This document shows positions 1 to 12,902 of a DNA stretch of 64,000 nt, in pieces (the stretch's first letter is position 1; each line of letters opens with the position of its first letter). The position numbers and the translations under genes were made by a program. The stretch comes from Podarcis cretensis. Its lineage: Eukaryota. The DNA lies in the NCBI GenBank assembly GCA_951804945.1, contig OX638151.1:60574001-60638000 (forward strand). The letters run 5' to 3'. Under the pieces are notes generated by a model. It ran no database searches, had not been told where the DNA came from, and saw only the letters and a program-made list of their open reading frames with translations.

Positions 1-854
1 GAACAGGTCAAAGGTCATGGTCTTGCTGGTTCTTTCAAGCTGGGCAGAAACTACAAGGAACAGAAATTTTGTAATAAATTCAAAAAAGAGGTAACCTGGG
101 AGTTTTTTTTTTAATCCATGGAGGGAATAATTTCTGTTTAAGTGTTTTGATACATGTCCATTATAGTAGTTTTGGGAATGGGAGCAAATGAGAACAGATC
201 AGCTAAGTCAGTTTGAACAAGAGTTGATAGAATTCAGGGAGTAATCGCTGTATAGGAAATCTTATCTGGATTTGCCATTGGATATTTTCCGCCATCTGCT
301 TTAATGACAGTAGTCTCAAAAGTTGTTGTGAGATATCTTCATATCAATCCCTGAACATTTTAATGGGTTGAAATAATTGCATGTAATTTAGGCCAGGGAG
401 AACTGGGTATGAACCCCAATGGCTGATAATGAGGATGAATGTACTTATAATGTGCAGTAGATCTCTTGGGTGTAATGCTATTACACTGTTTAATGAATTA
501 CAGATGTGTTGCATTGTAGTTTGGGGTGTAGTTTTTCAGTGTTAAACTGCAGTGCTGAATTAGAGGACAAAAAGAACTGAAAATGTATAACGCACACATA
601 TTTATATATATATTCCTATATGCATTAAAATGTAAGATGTCAACACTCTGCAATTTGCATGGCCACTGATAGGCAACCTATCAGTGAGCTGTTTATTGGA
701 AGGGGTGGGGTGCTGTAGCAGAGTTTAATGGGGAAAGCCCTTCACACAGTAGTTGGTCAGGTAAGGGTTGAGATATAAAAGGGTGTTGGGGTTGGTTAGG
801 TGTGTGGGAAGGGCAAAGGGGTTGGTGAACAGAGCAGGGGTGGCAACCCCTAGT

Positions 855-856
<2 letters not shown>

Positions 857-892
<36 letters not shown>
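857..892. repeat. (GT)n microsatellite
   Basis: Seen directly. Confidence 0.95.
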
Positions 893-894
<2 letters not shown>

Positions 895-1113
895 CTTTGT
901 TTGGAACTCCCTTTAAAAAGTCTTGTAAAAGTCTACTCAGTATCCTGAAAGTGTGTTTTGTTCCAAACATGCACAGAATGCAGCATGCACATTGGGACTT
1001 TTCCAGCTCCCCTTCCCTTGTGCCTCCATATCAAGTGTTTGATTTAATCCAGAGTGTTTTTATGAAGCTGAAAAAGCAAAATAAGTTTATTTTATTTTGT
1101 TTGTTTGTTTTAG

Positions 1114-1794
1114 AAAATAAAAACTTCAGCTAGGGTTCAGAAGAAAAATTCACCAGAAAATAAGAATGAAACCAAAGAATTGGGAGATGAGGGCACGTGC
1201 TATCCAAATGGTCTTAAACTATCTCAGGCAGTAGACATCACAGCAGAAGAGCATGATTACTGTACAAGAAGCAAAGATAATACAAAATCAGAAATGGATC
1301 CTAAGGGCTGGATAATGCAAGAAGATTCTCTGCATAGAACTTCTGACTTGCAAGAAAATAGGCCTATTTCAAAAAACAAAACGTATTCTACTGACATTTC
1401 TAAAAAAGATGATGAAGCTGAAGAGCAGCAAGACAACTCAGAAGGCCAGTCTCCAGCCTCTCAAGAACACACTAGCATTTTTGTACCACATCCTGGTTCT
1501 ATTTTTCCATTCAATACCTCTGATTATCGCTTTGAATGCATATGTGGTGAGCTTGGCTTGGTTGACTATAAGGCCCGTGTGCAGTGCCTGAACTGCCACC
1601 TGTGGCAGCATGCTGAGTGTGTGAACTACAAAGAAGAAAATCTAAAGATCAAGCCCTTTTACTGTCCCCATTGCCTTGTAGCAATGAAACCAGTTCCAAC
1701 AGGAGCTACTCTGATAATCTCTCCAAGTTCTATCTGCCACCAGTGGGTTGATGAGATTAACAGGCACGTGAGATCATCTTCTCTTCGAGTGTTG
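1114..1794 (+). CDS. SHPRH: SHPRH exon (linker + PHD finger + SNF2 motif Ia)
   Basis: tttag|KIKTSAR...[39 protein letters not shown]|gtaaga. Confidence 0.92.
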
Positions 1795-3189
1795 GTAAGA
1801 AAAGGTGTTGTTTCACAGCAACCAATAGGGGAAGTATACTATGTTGAGGTAGAGTGTAGAAAATGCAGTTATTAAGTGAGTAGAATGAAAATATTTTCAC
1901 TCCTGGGTAGTTGTTAAAATAAATGTCCAGCATTTCAGTACATTTTTATATTGGTAGTAATCCTTAAGATTTTTTTTTATTTTTTTGCAGGATAGATTGA
2001 TTTATATTAAGACAATTTAAATCAGTGATTTAAAATCAACAAGGAAAAAATGGCAATGTAAATCAAGGGCTGTATCCAACAAAATTGTTCATGCAAATGT
2101 TCCTTTTGTCACAGAACTTCCTCTTACCTTCTGAAACAGATTATTTCTTGTAAATCTTTGTTTCTAAAGTAGTCAGTTCTTGATTTAGCAGTCATTTCTG
2201 TCATGAAACTTGAGAGCCAAGTTATAGAGAACCTACATTTTTTTAAACTACAGCATGCTTAACTGTAAATAAAGCTGTCATCATAGGGTTAAAATCCTCT
2301 TGCAAGGCAGGAAATTTTCAGCTTCTCAGTGTTGTGTGTCTCTCCCCCTCCCTCAATTTAATTGTCAATGCTTTCTCTCATGTACATTGTGCCCAAATTT
2401 ATGCAGGTTTATCAAGGAGTGAAGAAGCATGGTTTCTTGCAGCCTCACATCTTGGCAGAGCAGGAAGTAGTGATCACCACATATGATGTCCTTCGTAGTG
2501 AACTGAACTATGTGGACATTCCTCACAGTAATAGTGAAGATGGACGCCGTTTCAGGAACCAGAAGCGTTATATGGCTATCCCAAGTCCCTTGGTAGCTGT
2601 GGAGTGGTGGAGAATTTGCCTGGATGAAGCACAGATGGTAGAATGCACCACTGCAAAGGTGAGAATGAACATTGCTTGGGTATGACCCTGTTGAACATGT
2701 ACAACATAAAAGCAAATGAAAAAACCTACTTGTATACCCTTTTAACACGCGGGCATATAAATTTGACCTTGACATTTATTCTTCTGAAGTGACTAATATA
2801 GTTTCCCTTGGAGGTGTTACTAAATGTTTTATCTGCCAGAGGTTTGACTTGCTATGAAGCTTAGTACTTTTTTATTATTTAATCTCTTAACACAATGTAT
2901 TCTGACAGTTTAAAGAACTAGGTCATCGTGTATATTACACTGCTTGATAGTTGAAAGCAAGATGTTAGTCTGTTTCAGTGCCTATCTAAACAGGCAGAGG
3001 GTCTGCCCTTGGGTCTAGAAGCTGTAAAACGGTCTTTATTGACATTAAGAAATATTAAGCAGGACCATTTCAGCTATTTGCAAAGCGGTACTGCTGTGAG
3101 TACCTGCTCACCTCCAGTAAAGGAATTTCTTGGTGGATGACATTGCATATTTGAACAGCTAATCCTTTGAACAGTAACAAAGTGATATT

Positions 3190-3235
<46 letters not shown>

Positions 3236-6200
3236 GTGGGTGGGTCTTGTGTATGGATCGGAATGAGAGAGAGAGATGTTGGAACACACCCACAATGGGT
3301 GTATCCTCATTCAGATCAGATAGCTGTTCAGTTTTACTGAGGACCGCCATGTGTACAAATGAATAGACATCTGTAAAGCAGAGTGAAGGAAAGAACCCAG
3401 ACGACAGTGGGAATGAGGGGAATGGGTTCCAGAAGCAGGCTTGCTGAAGAAAGGAAGGGGAGGCTGAATTGCAATGATATGGAGTGTAGGAAATTGGAAC
3501 AATGTGTAAAAGTGTTACGGTTTGAAGAAACGAGAAGCTATGGAAAAGTATTCACACCATGTCTGTGAATATAAGGGGCTTTGTTCTGATGGCAAGATGC
3601 AGTAATGATGGCAGGCCAGGAACTCACCTGAGTAGGAAAATAGAAATGGAATGCTGTCTCAGTACTTCCGTTTACATTGCTCAAATGTTCAGCCTATTTC
3701 ACCCCTTCCCTGTTCACAAAACTGAGCTATAGCAGTGTGGACTGTGCAGATTGTTGGGATATTCCAGCTGAGCATTTTCCACTAGGACTCTTTCTACTGG
3801 TTGGTCTCTATAGGGGGATGAAATAGAAAGGTGGGGAACTACCATCTCGTCAATTTCCTAAAGCAGTTAGTCTTCACTTAACATTCTGGTATTCATCCTT
3901 GCCATTCAAGTCATGTAGGAAGTACATTTAGAAAGCGTGGTGGCAGGTGGACCCTTAGTATTGCTTATTATTTTTGGGCTAAGCATGAGGTTGTTCCTAG
4001 TAGTCATGGGCTTTAATTATATTTTCTATAATATTTTATTAGGCTGCAGAAATGGCTCTCCGTTTGAGTGGAATCAATCGCTGGTGTGTCAGTGGCACAC
4101 CAGTGCAACGAGGATTGGAAGGTGAATAGTATAGCTAATCTTCTGTCTGTATCAACAAGCATGCAGTAATGGCAAGGGTATTTTGGTCCAAACTCCCTTC
4201 TAGAAAGCAATTCTTTTTTTTAAATCCAGAATATTTGTGTCCTGGCTATCCAACAGCATATTGTTCAAGACAGCTAATAATAAAAGAGAATCCATCAAGT
4301 GCAAACTAAAGCATATTTAAAATACACCTTAAAAATCACATACCAAAGAAAAAAGCAGCACAAAAAACAAAAACAGGACTAATTGTACCTACAAGTAGGT
4401 CTTCTCTTATGTTCCCACCAAATGTACCTATGACATTGGTGAGATACAGACAGTGACCTCATTTGCAGATCTTAATGCCCAGGCAAGTTTGTATTGGAGC
4501 AGGCAGTCCTTCAGGTACACTAATGCCAATACATTTAGGACTTTAATGGTCAAAAGCAGCCCTACTTTGATTTGGGCTTGGAAACTATTTTGAAATCAAT
4601 TCATTTGTTGTGATCAGAATCACACACTCCTTATCAGCTACTCCAGTTAGCAGTCTGGTTGCAGCATTTTGGACCAACTGCAGTAGTCCAAATGTACGTA
4701 GAGCCCAGCATCCTATTTTCACAGTAGCCAACCAGATGCCTATGGGATGCCCACAAGCAGGACATGAGCACATCAGCAGTTTCTCCACTTGTGTTTCCTA
4801 GAAACTGTTATTCAGAGGCATGTTGCCTCCAGTACTAGAGGTACATGGCAGGTAGTCATTTATAACCTTATATTTCATGGGTTTAACCCTGTTTTTAAGA
4901 CTCCATCTTGTGGTAGTAAATTCCAGAGTTAAGTTGGGTGCGGTATGAAGAAATGCTACCTTTTGTTTCTCATGAATCTTCTGACATTCAGCTTCATTGC
5001 ATGGCACCAGGTTCTACTAACTAGGGCATGTGTTGCCTTGGCCAAATCCGTATCTCAAGTAAAGGATGTAGTTGACATACTAGCCAAAGCTATGCAAATA
5101 TAGTTCCAGCAACAACCTGTTCCCTGTGTATCCAGTTTCCAGGATTACTCCCAAAGTGTGAACTTCATTAATCAAGGGAAGTGGGACCTTCTCTAAAACA
5201 GGATGAACTCCAACTTTTTGATCTACAGTATTATAGATTATGACAGTGTTGGCCAAACTTGGGTCTCCAGCTGTTTGGGGACTACAGTTCCCATTATCCC
5301 TGACCACTGGTCCTGTTAGCTAGGGATGATGGGAGTTGTAGTCCAAAAACAGCTGGAGACCCAAGTTTGGCCAACACTGGATTATGAGCACCTAATAATT
5401 GCATTTACAATTGGCATCTATTCGTTTTTAGAAGTAAACTTGAGAAACGGCAACAACAAAAATATTTTTTTAAGCACTGGAAAATTTTCTACCCTCTATC
5501 ATTGCCACCATGCAGTAATCCTTGTTCAGGAAAGCCTCCTAAGAATTAGGACGAAACTGGAAACTATCCTTCCATGAACTTCCATATAAAATTTATCATA
5601 CATTTGTGATTGAAGCCCAGATTTTGAAAAATGTCAGTGCTTTGAAATTGCTGATGGACTCTGTGTGATACTTATAAGTGGATGTGCTGCTTATTTTAAG
5701 CTTTCACAAAGATTTGGTTGTATATGCAGCACCCAAGTTCCATCTCTCCTCCCCAAAGAAAGAAAGCGTGAAGCAATTTAACTTGTCAGGCTTAGCTAAG
5801 TTGAATTGTGTATAAGCTTTTTTTTTTTTTAAGTATTTCTTGCATGCAGTAAAATGTGCTGTTCCTTTGTCATAGATTTATATGGATTAGTACTGTTCCT
5901 TGGAGCTGATCCTTACTGGGTCAAATATTGGTGGGATCAGCTTCTGTATCGACCATACTGCAGGAAAAACACACAGCCTCTCTACAACTTCATAGCCAAG
6001 ATAATGTGGAGGTCAGCAAAGAAGGACGTGATTGACCAAGTAAACACACAAGTTCTAAGAATATGTTCATAGACGACATTTTTCACCCAATACTTGAGTT
6101 ACTCATTTGTCGTTTCATTTTATTATTAGATTCAGATCCCTGCTCAGACAGAAGATACACACTGGCTCTATTTTTCTCCTGTTGAGAGACACTTTTATCA

Positions 6201-9200
6201 TCGCCAACATGAGGTCTGCTGCCAGGATGCTCTGGCAAAACTCAGGAAGATTTCTGATTGGTCCCTCAAGCTTAGCAGCTTGGATCGGAGGACTGTTGCT
6301 TCCATTCTGTACCCTTTGTTGCGTTTGAGGCAGGCCTGCTGTCACCCGCAAGCTGTACGTGGAGAATTCCTCCCACTGCAGAAAAGGTTAATTACATTTA
6401 TTCTTAAAGTGACTCGACCTCTCATACTGGGTCAGTGGGGCTTACTTCTGGGTAGACTTACAATTTTGAAATGTAAAGGTTGGGCTTTTTCTGTAGTTAC
6501 TCTAAAGTCAGTTGGTGAGTGAAATTCACCAGTTTGGTATATGAAAGAGAAAGCTATTTGTTGTTCATTTGGACTTCATATTCCAGGCAGTGACTCTAGA
6601 AATAGCAGAGTACTTGTGAAGTTGAATTTATACTTACAAGACAGCGTTTGAAAATACCCTGTATATTCTGCATACAAAGCAAGACATACATACATCTGTG
6701 CAACCTGCTGTGGTCTTGTTACCTCACCTGATGGAACATTAAAGATAGTTGTTGAGGTTCAAATGTCAGATAATATGCAAAACTAAGATCCCACTCCATG
6801 TTTTTAATCATTGCAACTTGCATCAACAAAGTGCAAGTGAGGTTGTAGTAGGAAGGGGAAATTAGTGGAAAGTGAGGAAGGAAGAAGAGGTGCCCTTTGC
6901 TTGCAAAAGAGCAGCTTTTGATCCAAGGCTATGAATGAAAAGATATCAGATCTTTTAATTTTCATTATCTTTAACTTATAGTATTCTGAGACAACTAACT
7001 GAGCAAAGAAATAAATAGATCTAAACCATGCAGATAGGTTTAGCTTAACTGTAGTTGGGATCCATTGACCTGTTTGGTCTTTGCTCTTGACTCAAGACTA
7101 TTTGTTTACCATAAATCGAACAGTGCTGAAGAATCTTTTACTGCACACACCAACAATTGAAATTCACATTTTGATCTGCAACCAACAAGTAATAGTACTG
7201 ATTGATTAATCCTTTTCAACTCTGCAGATTACATGTTTCTATACTCTGCTGTGAGAAGAAATAGCATAACAGTATGGCAACTGATGTTGACTATTCACAT
7301 TCATACTATCACAGCCTAGAAATATAATACTAGCTTGTATTGGGAGCAGAATATTGCCACTAACTCTTTGGTGTTTAAGTTGATGCAGCAAGTTCAGGAA
7401 ATGTGTCAGTGAAATAAAGCAGCTTTAATTTTAACTAAAGGGTTTTATCTGTCCTAGCAACCTATATTCAGTGGAATGTTCATGCGTAGCAGCAACATAG
7501 CCACTTCAGTAAAGGAGGAGTACAGTAACAAAACAAGTAGTTCCCATAAAAAGGTCTGCAGAAAAAGGATCTGTTTCTAAGCTCTTTTTGTCTGAGAGCA
7601 ATAGTCCATTTTTACAACAAATGGTTGAAATTACATGTGGGTATCCTGTGTCCATGTCACAGTGCTAGAGCTTCTGAATAATAGAAACAATGAACCCATC
7701 GTCTCTATCAGGTTAGCAGGCTAGTTCACTGTTGCTTTTCTATCCTGCCCTCTGTGAAGCTGGGGGTCCCAGGTTGTCTTTTATCCACATAATAGCCTGG
7801 ACCAGTCTCTTGGTTTAGATGTAGAATGACATCAGGTTTCTTTGCCTGTTGTTCAATATATATCCTTTTCCTCACAGCATGTCTTTTAGAAATCAGCATT
7901 TATTTTTTTATTTTTACAATTTGAACCTGACAGTGAACAATGACTACTTTCTCTGTTTCTCCCACTCTGGCCCTGTATTGTGCCTGGAGAATGTGAACAT
8001 GAGAGTACTGTTGCTCTCATATCCTGCTTGTGGACTTCATAGATAATCTGGCTGGCTCGGTGAGAACAGAATGCGAGACTAGATAGCCTTTGCTCTGGTC
8101 CAGATGGGCTCCTCTTATATTCTTAGAACAATCTGCTTCTCTGTTAGGGTGCTTCTACCTGGAAGCCTTCTGCAGGTTTCTGTTCCTTCTCATTCCACTT
8201 TTCATCAGATTATGAGATAGCAGTGTACTGTCCACACCATTTAAATTTTTTAAAAAAGCAAGGAGCTGAGTTGAACGTTGTCACCATCAACAAGCCCAGA
8301 CTGGAATGTTTTTTAAGTGTTTCTCCCTTTTCCGTGGGCCGGCATAGCAGGTCCAGTGGAGAGTTTGGGGCTGTGTGTCAAGTAATGAAGATTATTTGGC
8401 TTCGCCAATGGCATCATGAGACCTTGAGCAGCATGGACTGGGGGAAAAGAAGGAGACCCTTCTTCAGGGTAATAATCCCAACTGCAGTTACTTATCCCTC
8501 TCCTGTAGGCTAGCAGTGCCATTCCAATATTTGTTGTCTCTCTAAGGTCATGTTACTTGGTTATGTCAAGTCAGTCATTATAGTCTCTCACCACACTTTT
8601 GCATATAGTGTGGATTACAAGGCATCTAGGCAAGGATTGTATCCTTATTTTTTTCTGTATATTAAATGGAATATATTTTGTAAAAATATTAAATAATAGC
8701 AGTAGAACAGCATCATTTTTGAATTATACCAGTTGCTAGCCCTTTCGGTTTATTATTGTTATAAAAAGTACATTCTTGAAAAGGTGGGCTTATGACCTCT
8801 GATGCATATTGAATGCCTGCTTTGGGTCTCTGTTCCAGCACAATGACAATGGAGGAGCTTCTAACATCACTACAGAAAAAATGTCGAACAGAATGTGAGG
8901 AAGTCCATAGGCAACTGGTGTGTGCTTTGAATGGATTAGCTGGTATTCATATTATTAAAGGTAAAATTGGCTCATAATAGTTTGGTGTCGTTCTTATGAG
9001 TGCAGTAGCACTCATATATTTTATTTTTATTGATAGAGAGAGAGAGAAAGATATCTTTACTATTTGGTTAATTCAGACTAAATCCAAAGGGCTGATTTGT
9101 TTTGCCTCAGTTTCCTCTAATCAAAATATAAGCCTCTGCCAACCTAGCAGTTCGAAAGCACCTCCGGGTGCAAGTAGATAAATAGGGACCGCTTACCAGC

Positions 9201-12200
9201 GGGAAGGTAAACGGCGTTTCCGTGTGCGGCTCTGGCTCGCCAGAGCAGCGATGTCACGCTGGCCACGTGACCCGGAAGTGTCTCCAGACAGCGCTGGCCC
9301 CTGGCCTCTTGAGTGAGATGGGCGCACAACCCTAGAGTCTGTCAAGACTGGCCCGTATGGGCAGGGGTACCTTTACCTTTTAATCTAGCCACTTACTAAC
9401 TACGAATATCCACTGGCTCTGAGCACCAAACTAAATTGGGCTAGCTGTGGAATCTGTTGGTTGTTTCTTAAATAGTTAAGTACCAGCCCAGGTGTTTAGG
9501 CATTTTTTTAGTAGAGTTACTGGTAAATCCTAAAGGAAAATGTGTATGTTCAGGATACTCAAGAAATGACATTTGTACTATAGCTGCAAGCAAAACTGCA
9601 GAATTGTAAGTCTGTGGAAGGTTAGGAGGTGTAAGTCGCTGAAATATTACTTCAAGGTAGACTTGGTACACCAAGATGCAGGAAGAGAAATTTAATCAGA
9701 AATTAAGATGGCCCTTGAGGAAATACTTGCATACCTTTTTAAAGCAGTCTGCAAAGAGGAGGGCAGTTTTACAGGCCCACTCAAAAGTCTGGTGACCCAG
9801 CACACAACTCTGGATCAGCATAAGAAGTACTTGAATCTAACCGGGAATAGTGACTATATACAGTTTTATTTTATATTTCTTATCTCAAAAAATATTTTTT
9901 ACAACATTTTAAAAATATGCTAACTTTATCAGTGGCTGCCTACACAATTTTACTGTTTTGATCTTAATGCTACAATATTTTTGCCGTCTATCTCTGTCAA
10001 GCTTCCATATGTAAATAGCCAAACAATTTAATATAATACTTTACAGTGATGTTTCTAAGTGTTGGAAATAGGGAATTATTTCTGTTTGGGAACAGACATA
10101 GAAAGTGTCTGCTTCTACTTCCCTGGAATGAAAAATCACGGTGGTAGTAGTAGAATTCTGTGTTTTAGCTTTGTTTTCACAGTTGGAAATTTATTTTCCA
10201 ACTCCTTTGCAGTTATAATTTGTTTATTCAGCATAGATGTCTCTAATTAAAGTGCTTACTAAGAAATCCTGATGGCACTGTGTGTACAGTTGTAGGTAAT
10301 TAGACATTTGAAAGACAGAAATCCCAATACTCCAATCTGAAATATGCTAATTTTTCAGGTGAATATGCATTGGCAGCAGATATGTATCGAGAGGTGCTGC
10401 GTTCCTCTGAAGAGCACAAAGAGAAGCTCAAAACAGATTCATTGCAAGTATGTGCATAATCTCTGAAGGCACTCTTTAAACTAGTACAGAAATTTTGTGG
10501 AACTTTTTTGCCTTTTTCTTGGCTTTTATGTCTGTTCATGAGCTAAAAGATTGATCACCTGATCAGCCATCAAGTACCAACCTCTTTTGCGAAGAGAGAC
10601 CTGGTAATGTTGTCAACTTTCAAAAATCATCGTCACCAGGCATATATTCTGATATTTAGGAACCAGCTTATATTTTGCATCAGTTTAGTTCAATCTATCC
10701 ATAAGAGGAAAGCTAATTCCTCTTTGAAATAGTGTTACATCCAACTTCACATATGAATAGGCAGGTGCTAGGCAAGCATCGGGTTGCAACTAGTGTGTAT
10801 ACTGCCAGTAAAAACTATGATTTCTTCACAAGGATCTCATAATTGTTAAGCACTCTGGAAGTATGGAAGACCAGGATATAAATATTGTGAACAGTAATAC
10901 TCAATCTATGGTACCAGATGAACAATGTAAACAGTGAGCTAGGCCTTTCAGCTGGTGATGGTGTTGTTTTTTTAAAGCCTCACTATGGAATACCTGTGGG
11001 CACCTATAGTTCTATAAGGTACAGGAGTCAGTTTATTACACTATTACAGGAGTAGAGAACAGGATCTGGCCAGTGGACCAAGTTTAACAGTGGGACAGAG
11101 ATGCCCACCAGCCAAACACATAATTTCAGAATGTTTTTGGCCCTACTTGCCCACATAGATTTTGCAGAGAGCTTTTCAAAGTACTGTACAAGACATGACA
11201 CTCAGCTGTTTTTTAAATCTTCGAAGGCTGCTTACACAATTTCACGTATGTGCACTGGGGTTCAGAATGTAACCCCCACATAAATGGGGAGTCACCTGTA
11301 CTATTCTTTTTTGTATAACATGAATAAGTGTACACTGCCATAACTTTGAGATATGGGTAGAAGATTATTTACCGTATATACACGAGTATAAGCCGACCCG
11401 AATATAAGCCGAGGCACCTTATTTTACCTCAAAAACTGGGGAAACTTATTGACTCGAGTATAAGTTGGTTCACCACACCACAAACTCTCCCCCCCCCAGC
11501 CCCTCCTGTACCCCTGCCTACCTAGGGTGCTCCTCCACTTTTGCCACTGTCGTAAATGCACTCGGGTGGGACCCTCACTTGAGTATAAGCCATGGGGGGC
11601 TTTTTCGGCATTAAAAAATGTGCTGAAAAAGTCAGCTTATACATGAGTATATACGGTAGTTCTGTGTGGTAGTGTATTCATGTTTCTGTGGGGATTCTAC
11701 TGCCAATTTAAACTGCTTTTTGTTCGTAATTGTCACCATACGTCAAACTTAATCACTGCTGCCTTGTGTATTGAAAAATGCAGAGACTTCATTCTACGCA
11801 CAACCTGATGGAGCTTCTGGCAGGAAAGCATCCTGGGATATCACCCACTTTGCGCGATAGCAGGCTTCAAGAAGAGGTGATTGTACACTGTGTGCACTTC
11901 AGGGTGTTTAGGAATACTTTATGCAAAAGAATTTATAAAAGAATGTAATTTGTTACAGGATAGCTCCAAGGCCTCTTACAGAAATGCTTACAATCCTAAG
12001 GTCAAATGTAAGGAAATTCCATGTTTGTCATCTCTTTCCAGATACAGCTGTAGTGCACTTTCAAGGTCACAACTGTCAGTAACAAGTTGCAAGAACAAAT
12101 GAATAGTTTCCTTATGGAGACTGCTGTGCTTAACGTCTTCATAACCTTATCCTGGCTATTGTTGTAGAGTTAATGCAGTTCTTCTCAAACCTCCACTAAC

Positions 12201-12868
12201 CATACTGGGCTGTTAATAATAAGAGAAAGAGTTTATGGTTGTGAAATTGAAGCTAATTGAATTGATCGGTACTTTTAAAGGACTGCCTTTAGGTAAGAGG
12301 GACAAGACAGGGCCAGTCACTGTACAATTAGGACCTGAGGTTTATCAGGGCCTGGATAAAAGTTTGGCTGAGATAGCTGAAGCTGAAAAACTAGCAAGGT
12401 AAGAATGAATACCAATAGATCAGATGTTTTGAAGCTGACCAAGTAACCTTTCACAGATGATGAAAACAAGGATGTGACATTTAATGAAGAACAAACTGTA
12501 GAATTGGAACACAAAGTGGGAATTAGTGGCAATAGTTGTAGTGTTATAGTTGAATAAGAATTAATAGGGATAACAAGCAAGTCCATTTGGATAGGAACAA
12601 TGATTTGAAGGCAAGATTGCATGAAAGTACACACTAAAAATGATGGCATCCACTCAGGAGGCTGGTAAGTTTTTGTCTTGCTTAGGTGAGGCTGTTCTAC
12701 CTTCAGTTGATTGCTGATAGAGAAGAGCCAGCTAGGCACACCCTCAAACCCTGGCAAGGTCTTTCTTTTATCATCCTTTGCTAGCTACTACAGTTGCCTG
12801 AGTAATGTTTCAGGTTGTACAAGGAGCATTATTTATTAACTTTATTTGGAAAATTCATAAATGGCTTG

Positions 12869-12902
<34 letters not shown>

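Noticed and set aside
2620-2634. DEAQ instead of DEAH Walker B
   Set aside because: Normal for SHPRH orthologues, not a lesion.
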